A DNA stretch of 64,000 nt from Myxococcaceae bacterium (lineage in GTDB: Bacteria > Myxococcota > Myxococcia > Myxococcales > Myxococcaceae), in NCBI GenBank assembly GCA_035543115.1, contig DATKKF010000008.1, positions 11,404 to 75,403 of the forward strand, given 5' to 3'. The notes below the pieces were generated by a model. It saw nothing but the letters and a program-made list of their open reading frames with translations. It was not told where the DNA came from and did not search any database. Shown one piece after another: positions 39,749 through 49,073 of this stretch. Each line of letters begins with the position of its first letter. The stretch's first letter is position 1. Both the position numbers and the translations under genes were made by a program.

Positions 39749-41224
39749 ATGCCTGGGACGCCGCGCAGTCGTTGGCTCATCGAGGTGTTCAGCCCGGCGT
39801 TGCTGGCCTGTCTCGTGGTGGCTTGCGGTGACTCGCCGACACGACCCGTCGCTGGGTCGCGGACGGTGGTCTTCTGGTCCGACACCGGGAAGAGCGTGCC
39901 GCTGCCGAGCGCCGACACCCGGGCCCCCAGCACCGTGGTGGCGCGAACGCTCGACGGGAAGAACCTGGTGACTGCGTCCTTCGACGCGAACGGGTCTTTC
40001 CAGCTCCAGGGGGCCCCCGTGGGCCCATACATCCTGGAGCTCAATTCGGGAAGCGGTGCCCGCCACTTCTTCCGCACCGAGGCTGCGGTGGTCGACCTCG
40101 GTGCCGACCTGCTCGGGAGGAGCAATGTCCAGACGACCACCCAGCCGACGCAGGTCACCTTCGAGCTCTCGGGCCTGGCTGCGGCAGATCCCCAGGACCT
40201 CGTGGAGATCACCTGCTCCAACGCAGCGGTCTGGGACCGCCTCGCCCCCCAGGGAACGCTGGCCGGCGGCGTCACCTCGGCTTCGGTCCCGTTCGCCTGG
40301 GCCGCTCGCCCCACTCCGCTGGTCAGCGGCTCATCGGGCGACGTGCTCTACGTCCACCAGCTCTCGACACGGGTCGACCCAGGGAGCGGACTCGCTTACC
40401 AGGCCGCCCAGACCTGGGCGGCTGACCCTGGCCTGACGGTGACCGCCGGCCTGGACCAGACGACCCCGGTGTCACTCGCCCCGGTGAGCTCGAGCGGACG
40501 GCTCACGGTGTCCTGGCGTCCTTCGATGTTCGAGGCCGCTCTGACGGACTGGCCGGCCGGCACCCTGATCCGGCAGCACTCCCTCTTCGTCGAGGGCATC
40601 GCCTGGGCCCTCGACCTCGGGCCCGCCCCGCGTACGGGAAATCCCGATCTCCTGATGATCCAGGCAGGACCAGGCACGCCGGACGCCACGCTCGACCTGC
40701 CGTACGGGCGATTCCTCCCGGCGCTCTGGAAGGAGCGGCTGCAGACGTACGTCACGGTGCGCGAGCGGTTCCCGTACCAGGGGGGGACCATCTTCTACTC
40801 GGTCAGGATGGCGATGCAGGCCTCGATGGACGCGCTGCCGGCCGAGCTCGCTCCGACGATCTCGCCTCCGAGAAGCCTCAAGGTCGGTGGCCTGGATGCG
40901 ACCCAGGTCCGGTCCGGGATGGGAACCGGTCCGGTGGTCTCCTGGACTGCGCCGCGAAACGGCACCGCCGACTACTACGCCGTCGACCTCGAGAAGCTCA
41001 CCATCAGCGGCACGCAGGTCACCTTCTCTTCCGTCGCCACCTTCCACACCACCGAGACCAGCGCGCAGTTCCCGGAGGGGACGCTCACCAGCGGAACGCA
41101 GGTGGTCGCCTACGTCACGGCGGTCCGCGAGCCGACGAGCCACTACGCCACGGCGCCGGCACCATACCGGCGTCACTTCCCGCAGGACATCGCCCAGGCG
41201 GCGACCGCGCCCTTCTCACCGTGA
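39749..41224 (+). CDS. Lipoprotein of unknown function with beta-sandwich (CarboxypepD_reg-like N-terminal, FN3-like C-terminal) character
   Basis: Lipobox LLACLVVAC. It contains ..DANGSFQLQGAPVGPYILEL.. and a C-terminal ..VVSWTAPRNGTADYYAVDL.. AAGGGGGGA lies just upstream of ATG 39749. Confidence 0.7.
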   Translation: MPGTPRSRWLIEVFSPALLACLVVACGDSPTRPVAGSRTVVFWSDTGKSVPLPSADTRAPSTVVARTLDGKNLVTASFDANGSFQLQGAPVGPYILELNSGSGARHFFRTEAAVVDLGADLLGRSNVQTTTQPTQVTFELSGLAAADPQDLVEITCSNAAVWDRLAPQGTLAGGVTSASVPFAWAARPTPLVSGSSGDVLYVHQLSTRVDPGSGLAYQAAQTWAADPGLTVTAGLDQTTPVSLAPVSSSGRLTVSWRPSMFEAALTDWPAGTLIRQHSLFVEGIAWALDLGPAPRTGNPDLLMIQAGPGTPDATLDLPYGRFLPALWKERLQTYVTVRERFPYQGGTIFYSVRMAMQASMDALPAELAPTISPPRSLKVGGLDATQVRSGMGTGPVVSWTAPRNGTADYYAVDLEKLTISGTQVTFSSVATFHTTETSAQFPEGTLTSGTQVVAYVTAVREPTSHYATAPAPYRRHFPQDIAQAATAPFSP

Positions 41225-41270
41225 AGCCGGGACCGGCGTCGCGGCGCGAGCCACCTGGGAGCCCCCGCGG

Positions 41271-41828
41271 TCAGAGGGCGGTCGAGGCGCCCTGGTCCAC
41301 AGCCTCGGCGCGCTCCAGCTTCCTCCGCTTCGCGCGGCGCCGCATCGACAGACGCTGGAGCACGGGCAGGAAGTCCACGTAGAGCCGACCATCGAGGTGG
41401 TCGATCTCGTGCTGCGCCGCGGTGGCCAGGAGGCCCTCGCAGCGAAGCCGACGCAGCTGACCCTCGACGTCGAGGAACTCGACGGTGACCACCGCCGGGC
41501 GCTCGACCTCCTCGGCCTCGCCGGGGATCGACAGGCAGCCCTCGCGGTAGACCGACACTCCGCCCTCGCTCGCGACGATGCGCGGGTTGATCATCGCCAC
41601 CGGCTGGACCTCGGGCTGGCGCGGACGGGTGTCGAGCACCAGCACCCGCTGCAGCACACCGATCTGCGGCGCGGCGAGCCCCACGCCGGGCGCGGCGTAC
41701 ATGGTCTCGAACATGTCGTCGACCAGCATACGGACGGACGGATCCACCGCCTCGACCGGGAGGGCACGGCGGCGAAGGACGGGATCGGGCCAGAGGCGAA
41801 TCGCTCGGATCATCGACGTCTCGGTCAT
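41271..41828 (-). CDS. def: Peptide deformylase
   Basis: The GVGLAAPQIG, EGCLS and QHEIDHL motifs are present. An alternative ATG is at 41813 (MIRAIRLWPDP). Confidence 0.92.
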   Translation of the reverse strand: MTETSMIRAIRLWPDPVLRRRALPVEAVDPSVRMLVDDMFETMYAAPGVGLAAPQIGVLQRVLVLDTRPRQPEVQPVAMINPRIVASEGGVSVYREGCLSIPGEAEEVERPAVVTVEFLDVEGQLRRLRCEGLLATAAQHEIDHLDGRLYVDFLPVLQRLSMRRRAKRRKLERAEAVDQGASTAL

Positions 41829-41911
41829 AATCGGCCCGGTCCGGCCGGCGCAATCGGCAGGCCAGGGCACCGCTGGTCAACGCATCCATGAAACGGGGCT
41901 GCCAGAGGCCC

Positions 41912-44644
41912 TCACTCCCCCAGCGAGCGCGCGTAGGCACTGCGGAGCCCGTCGTCGGACAGCGCGCGCGCCGCCTCCGAGAGCAAGGCCTGCATCCGCT
42001 CGGCCCGCGCCTGCACCCGCGGGTCCGGATGCCCCGACCAGCGCAGCGGGTCGTACTCCGCCGACAGCCGCGCGAAGGCCCGCGTCACCTCGTCGGTCCC
42101 GGCGTTGCGGGGCAGCCCGAGCACGGTGAAGTAATCGGCGTCCTCCACCTGGGCCCACCGGGCGTCGAGGCGGGCCGCGGCGACCTCCACCGTCTCCGCC
42201 TGCGCCTCCTCCTGCGAGGGAGGCTGGAGCTCGATCCACCCCAGCGCCACGGAGACCGCCAGGACCTTCCGCCCCGCATCACGCGAGACCCCGAGCGCCA
42301 GCAACAGCTGCTGCACGGTGCGCTGGCCGTCGACGGCCTCGAGCAGCCGACGCTCGCGCTCGCCCAGCCCGAGCCCCTGCGCGTCCACCCGGCGGAGCAG
42401 CCTGGGCACCGCGCGGAGCGACGGAACCAGCCGGTCCACCTCGTCGGCGGGAAGCCCGCGCCCCACGCCCTCGGCCGCGAGCGCCGACAGAGGGCGCACC
42501 GCGGCCCGCCTCCCCTCGGGCGGCGGCGTGTCGGCGCTCAGCCGGTAGAAGGACACCGGCTCGGAGAACGCCTCCAGCGCCCGTGCCTCGGTCAACCGCT
42601 GCAGGAACGGCACCAGCTCGGCGTCGGTGACCAGCTTCCGGCGGACCAGCTCCTCGGTCAGCTCGGACTCGCCCAGTCGGAGGATGCGCAGCTCTCGCTC
42701 CGCGGCCCGGTCCACGAGCCCGTCCCGCACCGCGTGGTCCAGGAGCGACTCGGTGGACACAGTGCTCGCCGCCGCGGCCAGCGCTCCCTCCTCGAGCCAG
42801 AGCACGCGGAGCGCGTCGGCGGCGCGGAGCTCCACCCGCGCGGTGGCCCGGCCACCCTCGAGCCGGAAGAGGAGCGCCGCCAGCTCCTCCAGCGTGACCC
42901 GGCCCGCATCGGCCACCGCCCACCGGGCCCGCTCCGCGGCCCGGCGCGCAGCTTCCGCCGCCTCCGCCTCGGCCTGGGCACGCGCGGTGGCGATCCGGCG
43001 CTCCTCGTCGGCGCGAGCGCGGTTCTCGGCGTCCTGGCGTACCTGCTCGGTCTCGGCCCGCGCGCGCGCGAGCTCCTCGCCGGCCCGAGCTGCCTCCTCC
43101 GCCGCGGTGCGCGCGGCCTCCTCGGCCTCCGCCCGCGCCGCCGACTGCTGTGCGACGCGGATCTCCGCCTCGGCCATGCGCTCTCGGCCCTGCTCCAGCT
43201 CCTCGCGCAGCCGGCGGAGCTCCATCTTCACCTCGAGCAACTCCCGGCGAAGCGCATCCGCCTGCTCGCGCTCGGTCTGCAACCACGCCTCGGCCTGACG
43301 ACGTGCCTCGGCGGATGCCCGCTCCTCCGCCGCCAGCCGCTCGGCCAGCTCGGCTGCCTCTCGCTCCAGTGACTGATTCGCCTCGGACAGCGCGCCGTTG
43401 GTCGCCGTCGCCTCGGAGACGGCGGAGCGGAGCTGCTCCAGCTCGGCCGCGTGCGCCTGCAACTCACGGCCGAGCCGGTCGAGCTCCGCCTGGGAACGGG
43501 CCTCCAGCGCGAGTCGGGCGTTGGTCTCGGCCTCGGCGCGCGTCTCCGCGTCGCGCAGGGTCGTGGCCAGCAGCTCGGCCTCCGCGGCGCCGGAGGCCTG
43601 GGCGTCGGACGAGCGCCGCCGCTCCTCCTCCACGATCCGCTCCAGCTCGGACCGCGCCGACTCCTCCGCAGCGTGCGCCGTCCTGGCGACCTCGGCGTCC
43701 GCACGGGCCGCCTCGGCGTCGGCGCGCGCCGCCTCCGCCTGCGCCCTGGCCTCCTCGGCGTCGACGCGCGCGGCCAGCGCCGCCGCCGAGGCCTCACGCG
43801 CCTCGCGGGCCCGCGCCTCGGCGAGGGCCTCGACCTCCGCCCGGAGCCGCTGCGCCTCCTCCAGGGCCGCGTGCGCGGCTCGCGCCTCTTCCTCGCGGGC
43901 ACGGGCCTCGGAGGCGATGTCCTCGAGCAGCGCCGACGCGCTCGATCCGCCCCTGCCGAGCGGCGCCAGCCGGTCGTCGGTGGCGGCGCTCCAGGCCCCG
44001 GCAGCAACGGCGAGCATCGGCGCGGTGTGCTCGAGGTCCGGGTGGATTCCCGGGACGAGCGGCGCGGGCTCGTCGGCGGCCTGGAGCATCTCGTCGTCGC
44101 CGGTCACCTCCGGCTCGGCGTCCGGTTCGCCCTCGAGCAGCGGACCAGCGTCGAAGGCCTCGAGATGATCAGGCGCGGGCTCGGCCACCGGGAGGGGGCC
44201 GGACGGCGACTCCCAGTCGAGCTCCAGCGTCTCGGGAACGGCGTCGAGCGGGATGGACCCGGCCGCCCCGAAGACGTCGGTCACCGGCTCGTCGGCGGCC
44301 GGATCGGCCGCCAGCGCCTCGTCCACCGCCCGGAGCAGGGTCTCGGACCGGAACGGAGTGGGGAGGACCGGACCCTGGTGGCCGTCCACCATCCGCCCGA
44401 GCAGGAGGACGCGGAGCCGGGCGGTCTCCGGCCTGGCGGCCAGCTCGTGGAGTAACGCCGCGCCACGGCCGCTCTCCACGCCCGGCGCCAGGAGCACCAG
44501 CGCCGGCTGCAACGTGGCGGCGGCGGTGAACGCGTCGGCGGTGGACGTGGCGAGCTCCACCGCGTGCCCGGCGCGGACCAGCGTCCGGCGCACGAGCGCG
44601 ATGGTGGCGAGGTCGTCGTGGACCAGGAGGAGCGGGGACGCCAC
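41912..44644 (-). CDS. Multidomain protein: N-terminal pseudo-receiver, acidic linker, ~350-aa Ala/Glu/Arg coiled coil, DUF4388-like domain, C-terminal divergent J domain
   Basis: GTG 44644 is the first start after the priA stop. The receiver-like region has LLLVHDD..PALVLLAPG..TPF. The DUF4388-like region has LEELAALLFRLEGGRATARVELR..LWLEEGAL. The J-like region has DYFTVLGLPRNAGTDEVTRAFARLSAEYDPLRWSGHPDP. The upstream 304 codons of track ORF 41912..45556 overlap priA and were rejected. Confidence 0.8.
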   Translation of the reverse strand: MASPLLLVHDDLATIALVRRTLVRAGHAVELATSTADAFTAAATLQPALVLLAPGVESGRGAALLHELAARPETARLRVLLLGRMVDGHQGPVLPTPFRSETLLRAVDEALAADPAADEPVTDVFGAAGSIPLDAVPETLELDWESPSGPLPVAEPAPDHLEAFDAGPLLEGEPDAEPEVTGDDEMLQAADEPAPLVPGIHPDLEHTAPMLAVAAGAWSAATDDRLAPLGRGGSSASALLEDIASEARAREEEARAAHAALEEAQRLRAEVEALAEARAREAREASAAALAARVDAEEARAQAEAARADAEAARADAEVARTAHAAEESARSELERIVEEERRRSSDAQASGAAEAELLATTLRDAETRAEAETNARLALEARSQAELDRLGRELQAHAAELEQLRSAVSEATATNGALSEANQSLEREAAELAERLAAEERASAEARRQAEAWLQTEREQADALRRELLEVKMELRRLREELEQGRERMAEAEIRVAQQSAARAEAEEAARTAAEEAARAGEELARARAETEQVRQDAENRARADEERRIATARAQAEAEAAEAARRAAERARWAVADAGRVTLEELAALLFRLEGGRATARVELRAADALRVLWLEEGALAAAASTVSTESLLDHAVRDGLVDRAAERELRILRLGESELTEELVRRKLVTDAELVPFLQRLTEARALEAFSEPVSFYRLSADTPPPEGRRAAVRPLSALAAEGVGRGLPADEVDRLVPSLRAVPRLLRRVDAQGLGLGERERRLLEAVDGQRTVQQLLLALGVSRDAGRKVLAVSVALGWIELQPPSQEEAQAETVEVAAARLDARWAQVEDADYFTVLGLPRNAGTDEVTRAFARLSAEYDPLRWSGHPDPRVQARAERMQALLSEAARALSDDGLRSAYARSLGE

Positions 44645-44664
44645 GGTCTGTCCGGAGGATGAGC

Positions 44665-46896
44665 CTACAGCATTGCCCCGGGGTCCACGTCGAGGACGAC
44701 CCGGACGGCGGCGGGCAGCACCTCCAGGTCCCGCTCCAGCTGGTCCAGCACCGGCCCCAGCAGCGCCTGCCGCGGCGCCTTGAGTAGCAGCTGCCACCGG
44801 CTCTTCCCGCGGAGCCGGGGCAGCGGCGCGGGCGCGGGCCCCAGCAACCGGACCCCCGTCTCGGGCCCCGGGAGAAGCATCGCCACCCGGTCGCCCAGCT
44901 TCCGGGCCACCGCAGCGGTCTTCCCGGCGTCCTCCCCCTCGACGCGCACGGCGACCAGCCGGCTGAACGGAGGCCAGGCCAGCGCCTCGCGCCAGGCGAG
45001 CTCGTGCGCAGCGAAGCCGTCGTAGTCGTGCGCCGGCACCCGGGCGACCGCGTCGGCCTCGGGGTTCCAGGTCTGGACGAGCACCCGCCCCGGCTCCTGG
45101 CCACGGCCCGCCCGCCCCGAGACCTGCGTCACCAGCTGGAACGTGCGCTCGGCGGCCCGAAAGTCCGGGAGGAGGAGACCGGTGTCGGCCGAGACGACGC
45201 AGACCAGCGTCACCCCGGGGAAGTCGTGTCCCTTGGCCACCATCTGCGTGCCCACCAGCACGTCGAGCTCGCCGCGGGCGAAGCGCGAGAGGAGGTCCGT
45301 CAGCCGCTCGGCGGTGGTGGCCGCGTCCCGGTCGAGCCGGGCCACCCGCGCGCCCGGGAAGCGCTCGGCGACCTCGGCCTCGATGCGTTCGGTCCCCGCG
45401 CCCACCGGGACGAGCGGCCCGCCGCAGGCAGGACACCGGTCCGGAACGGGCCGGCTCTCGCCGCAGTAGTGGCACTGGAGGTTCCGCGCGCGGAGGTGGA
45501 CGGTGAGTGAGACGTCGCAACGGCTGCAGGGCACGCCCTGCCCGCAGGCCTCGCACACCAGTGCCGTCGAGTGTCCGCGGCGATTCAGGAAGAGGATGGC
45601 CTGCTGCCCGCGGCCCAGCGCCTCGCCGAGCGCGTCGACCATCGGTGGCGAGAGCGCGGGCGCCTCTTCCGGAAGCCCGGTGGAGCGCGGGCGGACGCGG
45701 CGGAGGTCCACCAGCTCCACCCGCGGCATCGGCCGGTCGTCCACGCGCGTCGGGAGGCGGAGGTGGCGGTAGCGTCCGCGCCGTGCGTTCTCCACCGTCT
45801 CCAGCGAGGGGGTGGCCGACCCGAGCACAACCGTGGCGCCGGCCTGCTTGGCGCGGACGACGGCCAGGTCGCGCGCCTGGTAGCGAAGCTTCTCGTCCTG
45901 CTTGAACGAGGGGTCGTGCTCCTCGTCGACCACGATGAGCGCCAAGTCTCGAACGGGGGCGAACACCGCCGAACGCACGCCCACGGCGAGCCTCACCGCG
46001 CCCGAGCGGAGCCCCTTCCAGTGGAGGAGGCGCTCGCGATCGCGCAGCCCGCTGTGCAGCACCGCCACCGCGCTGCCGAAGCGGCTCCGGAAGCGGCCGA
46101 CCAGCTGTGGGGTCAGGGCGATCTCCGGCACCAGCACCAGCGCGCCACCCCCGCGGGCGAGCGCGTGCTCGGCGGAACGCAGGTAGACCTCGGTCTTCCC
46201 GCTCCCGGTCACCCCCTGGAGGAGGAAGGGCTGGAAGCCGCCCCGGTCCAGCGCACCCTCCAGCTCGGCCAGCGCCGCCGCCTGCGCGCCGGTGAGCCGG
46301 TCCGGCCGCACCTGGCCCAGCCCCTCGGCGACGGTGGGCTCGACGGTGCGCTCCTCCACCCGGACCCAGCCGCGCTCGACCAGCCGCTGCACCGCCGCCC
46401 GGGCGCCTGGAACGGCGCGGCCCAGCTCGTCCAGCTCCGCGCGGCCACCCACCGCGAGGAGGTACCCGAGCGTCGCCGCCTGCGCCGGCGCGCGCTTCAA
46501 CGCGTCGACCGACGGCGCGCCTCGCACCACCACGGTACGCACCAGGTCGGGGCTCGGCTCCGGTCCCTCCGCGGGGTCCGCCAGGCCCGGCGGGAGCGCG
46601 GCCCGTAGCGCCTCCCCGAGCGGATGGCGGTAGTAGGTGGCCGCGAACTCGACCAGCGCCAGGACGTCGTCGGGGAGCGCCGGGCTGTCCTCGAGCAGCG
46701 CGGAGACGGGCTTGAGCAGCCCCCCTCCATCGGGCAGCCGTCCGGGGCCAAGGTAGAAGCCCAGCGCCCGCCCACGGCCAAAGGGAACCAGGAGCCGCTG
46801 TCCCCGCTGCAGCCGTCCCTCCAGCTCCGGGGGGACCAGGTAAGTGAAGGGACCCTTCACCGGACGCCCCACCGCCACCGAGGCGAGCTGCTCCAT
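44665..46896 (-). CDS. priA: Primosomal protein N' (replication restart helicase PriA)
   Basis: Walker A LLQGVTGSGKTEVY, DEEHD, and the Cys-rich zinc region CEACGQGVPCSRCDVSLTVH..LQCHYCG..CPACGG. Start at ATG 46896. Confidence 0.93.
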   Translation of the reverse strand: MEQLASVAVGRPVKGPFTYLVPPELEGRLQRGQRLLVPFGRGRALGFYLGPGRLPDGGGLLKPVSALLEDSPALPDDVLALVEFAATYYRHPLGEALRAALPPGLADPAEGPEPSPDLVRTVVVRGAPSVDALKRAPAQAATLGYLLAVGGRAELDELGRAVPGARAAVQRLVERGWVRVEERTVEPTVAEGLGQVRPDRLTGAQAAALAELEGALDRGGFQPFLLQGVTGSGKTEVYLRSAEHALARGGGALVLVPEIALTPQLVGRFRSRFGSAVAVLHSGLRDRERLLHWKGLRSGAVRLAVGVRSAVFAPVRDLALIVVDEEHDPSFKQDEKLRYQARDLAVVRAKQAGATVVLGSATPSLETVENARRGRYRHLRLPTRVDDRPMPRVELVDLRRVRPRSTGLPEEAPALSPPMVDALGEALGRGQQAILFLNRRGHSTALVCEACGQGVPCSRCDVSLTVHLRARNLQCHYCGESRPVPDRCPACGGPLVPVGAGTERIEAEVAERFPGARVARLDRDAATTAERLTDLLSRFARGELDVLVGTQMVAKGHDFPGVTLVCVVSADTGLLLPDFRAAERTFQLVTQVSGRAGRGQEPGRVLVQTWNPEADAVARVPAHDYDGFAAHELAWREALAWPPFSRLVAVRVEGEDAGKTAAVARKLGDRVAMLLPGPETGVRLLGPAPAPLPRLRGKSRWQLLLKAPRQALLGPVLDQLERDLEVLPAAVRVVLDVDPGAML

Positions 46897-46912
46897 GCGC
46901 GGGCGCCCCGGC

Positions 46913-47635
46913 CTAGAAGAGGCGGTCCGGGACGTTCGCCCTCGGGTCGCCGGAGAGGGTGGTGAAGCGGACCTGCCGCTCCCCGTCGCGCGACACCTCG
47001 ATCGCGCGGGGGAACCAGTCGCCCGCCGGGGAGTTGTAGTCCACGAAGCGCACGTCCCAGCGGGTGCCACCCTCGGTCCAGCGGATGCGCGCCGGGAGCC
47101 AGCTGTCCTTAAAGACCCAGAACTGGGCGTCGGCGTCCTTGGAGCCGCCGACCACGTACGCCACGTGGCCGCCGAAGCGGGCCAGCCACGCGCTGCCGAT
47201 GTCGACCCCACGCTTGTGGAGGTGCGCCTCCAGCTCCGCGCGCCCGTCCCCGGCGCTCCGCGCTCCGAACAGGGCGCACGCCTCGCCCAGGCCCACCCCG
47301 AGCGCGGAGACGGTCGGGCCCTCGGTCTTCAGCTGGCCGCCGGACTGGACGACGGCGAGCTTTCCGGTCTCCGACCCGCTCGCCTCGAGCCGGCAACGGC
47401 CGGGCAGGTGAAGGTAGACCCGCGCGTCGGACTGGAGCTCGCCCTGGCCGCCGACCTCGGTGGCGGCCGCGCCGGAGAGCACCAGCGTGCCCTCCACCCG
47501 GGCGGTGCTGATGCGCTGCTCGTCCCTGCCGGTGAGCAGATGCCGGAAGATGGCGCCGGGGGCCGGGACGTAGGCCAGCGCGGTCCGGACGGCGACCAGG
47601 GCGAGCAGGAGGACGGGCAGGCGGAGGCGGCGCAC
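46913..47635 (-). CDS. Secreted protein of unknown function (LolA-like size and pattern)
   Basis: Signal peptide MRRLRLPVLLLALVAVRTALA. The body is beta-rich, and I recognise no motif securely. Confidence 0.65.
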   Translation of the reverse strand: MRRLRLPVLLLALVAVRTALAYVPAPGAIFRHLLTGRDEQRISTARVEGTLVLSGAAATEVGGQGELQSDARVYLHLPGRCRLEASGSETGKLAVVQSGGQLKTEGPTVSALGVGLGEACALFGARSAGDGRAELEAHLHKRGVDIGSAWLARFGGHVAYVVGGSKDADAQFWVFKDSWLPARIRWTEGGTRWDVRFVDYNSPAGDWFPRAIEVSRDGERQVRFTTLSGDPRANVPDRLF

Positions 47636-47688
47636 GGGGGTCGAGGACTGTACACGAGCTGTCTGCGCGGGCTAGAGCCACCGGTGCC

Positions 47689-48063
47689 ATGCCCACGCTC
47701 GCTCTCCTCGTCGGCGTCGTGCTGGTGGCGATCGGCCTCGGCACCTACGTCGGCACCGGTTCCCACGCCCCCACCGCGCTCATCCCCGCTGGCCTCGGCG
47801 TCCTCATCGCGGTGGCGGGCCTGGTGGCCCGGAACCCCCGCCTGCGGATGCACGCCATGCACGCCGCGGTCCTCGTCGCGCTGCTCGGCGTCCTGGGATG
47901 CATCCCCGGGGTCCTCCGCCTCCCCGCGCTCCTGGGCGGGACCGCCGAACGGCCGGTGGCGGTGGTCGCGCAGCTGGTCACCTTCGGGGTCTGCCTCGCC
48001 TTCGTGGTGAGCGCGGTCCGCTCCTTCATCGAGGCGCGCAAGAGCCGCGCGAGCACCGGCTAG
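47689..48063 (+). CDS. Small four-TM membrane protein
   Basis: It has four hydrophobic segments and codon usage consistent with the genome. Confidence 0.6.
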   Translation: MPTLALLVGVVLVAIGLGTYVGTGSHAPTALIPAGLGVLIAVAGLVARNPRLRMHAMHAAVLVALLGVLGCIPGVLRLPALLGGTAERPVAVVAQLVTFGVCLAFVVSAVRSFIEARKSRASTG

Positions 48064-48076
48064 GGAGAGACGTCCG

Positions 48077-49060
48077 ATGGCACTGGCAGTCCGGCTGAGG
48101 AAGCAGGGAGGCCCCGAGGTGATGGCCCTGGAAGAGGTCCAGGTCCCGCCTCCGGGTCCGGGGGAGGCCACGCTGCGGCACACCGCGATCGGCCTGAACT
48201 TCATCGACGTCTACCAGCGCAGCGGCCACTACCCGCTCCAGCTCCCGAGTGGCCTCGGCCAGGAGGCGGCGGGCGTGGTCACCGCCGTCGGTCCCGGCGT
48301 GACGACCGTGCGGGTGGGTGAGCGGGTGGCGTACGCCGGCCCGCCGCTGGGGGCGTACGCGGAGGCGCGCAACTACCCGGCGGACCGGCTGGTGCCGGTG
48401 CCCGAGGGTGTCTCCGACGAGGCCGCGGCTGCCTCGCTCCTCAAGGGGCTTACCGCCTGGTACCTGGTGCGCCGCACCTACAAGGTCGAGCGCGGGCAGA
48501 CGGTGCTGGTCCACGCCGCGGCGGGCGGGGTCGGCCTCATCCTCTGCCAGTGGCTCCGGTACCTCGGGGCCACGGTCATCGGCACCGTCGGCAGCGAAGC
48601 CAAGGCGCAGGTGGCGCGCGACGCCGGGTGCACCCACCCCCTGGTGCTCGACGGAAACAACCGGCGGGAGCTCCCGGCGAAGGTGAAGGAGCTCACCGGC
48701 GGCGCGAAGGTGCCGGTGGTGTACGACTCGATCGGCAAGGACACCTTCGACGTCTCGCTCGACTGCCTCGCGCCCCTCGGGCTGCTGGTGCTCTTCGGCG
48801 CCTCGAGCGGCCCGGTGCCCCCCTTCGACCTGCAGCGGCTCGCGGCCGGCGGCTCGCTCTACGTCACGCGCCCCACGCTCGCCACGTACGTCGCCCGGCG
48901 CGAAGACCTCCTGTCCGGCGCGCGCGAGCTGTTCGACCTGGTGGCGCGCGGGGTGATCACCATCCACGTGAACCAGCGGTACCCGCTGCGCGAGGTGGCG
49001 CGGGCACACCTGGACCTCGAGGCGAGGAAGACCACCGGCTCGACGGTCCTGTTGCCCTGA
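48077..49060 (+). CDS. qor: NADPH:quinone oxidoreductase (zeta-crystallin-type MDR)
   Basis: ..IGLNFIDVYQRSG.Y..LP...G.EAAG.V and the AAGGVG nucleotide fold. Confidence 0.9.
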   Translation: MALAVRLRKQGGPEVMALEEVQVPPPGPGEATLRHTAIGLNFIDVYQRSGHYPLQLPSGLGQEAAGVVTAVGPGVTTVRVGERVAYAGPPLGAYAEARNYPADRLVPVPEGVSDEAAAASLLKGLTAWYLVRRTYKVERGQTVLVHAAAGGVGLILCQWLRYLGATVIGTVGSEAKAQVARDAGCTHPLVLDGNNRRELPAKVKELTGGAKVPVVYDSIGKDTFDVSLDCLAPLGLLVLFGASSGPVPPFDLQRLAAGGSLYVTRPTLATYVARREDLLSGARELFDLVARGVITIHVNQRYPLREVARAHLDLEARKTTGSTVLLP

Positions 49061-49073
49061 GGGCGTAGCCTTC

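Noticed and set aside
42900-43900. Recurrent GCC/GAG/CGC-rich near-repeats that suggest a tandem DNA repeat.
   Set aside because: They are the codon-level consequence of the Ala/Glu/Arg coiled coil (for example AEAARADAEAARADAEVAR). There is no exact unit or non-coding array.
44645-45556. A 304-codon N-terminal extension of the J-domain scaffold ORF that overlaps priA.
   Set aside because: It overlaps the PriA C-terminal domain in another frame and has Arg/Gly/Pro-rich nonsense composition. GTG 44644, just after the priA stop, gives a clean receiver-like N-terminus.
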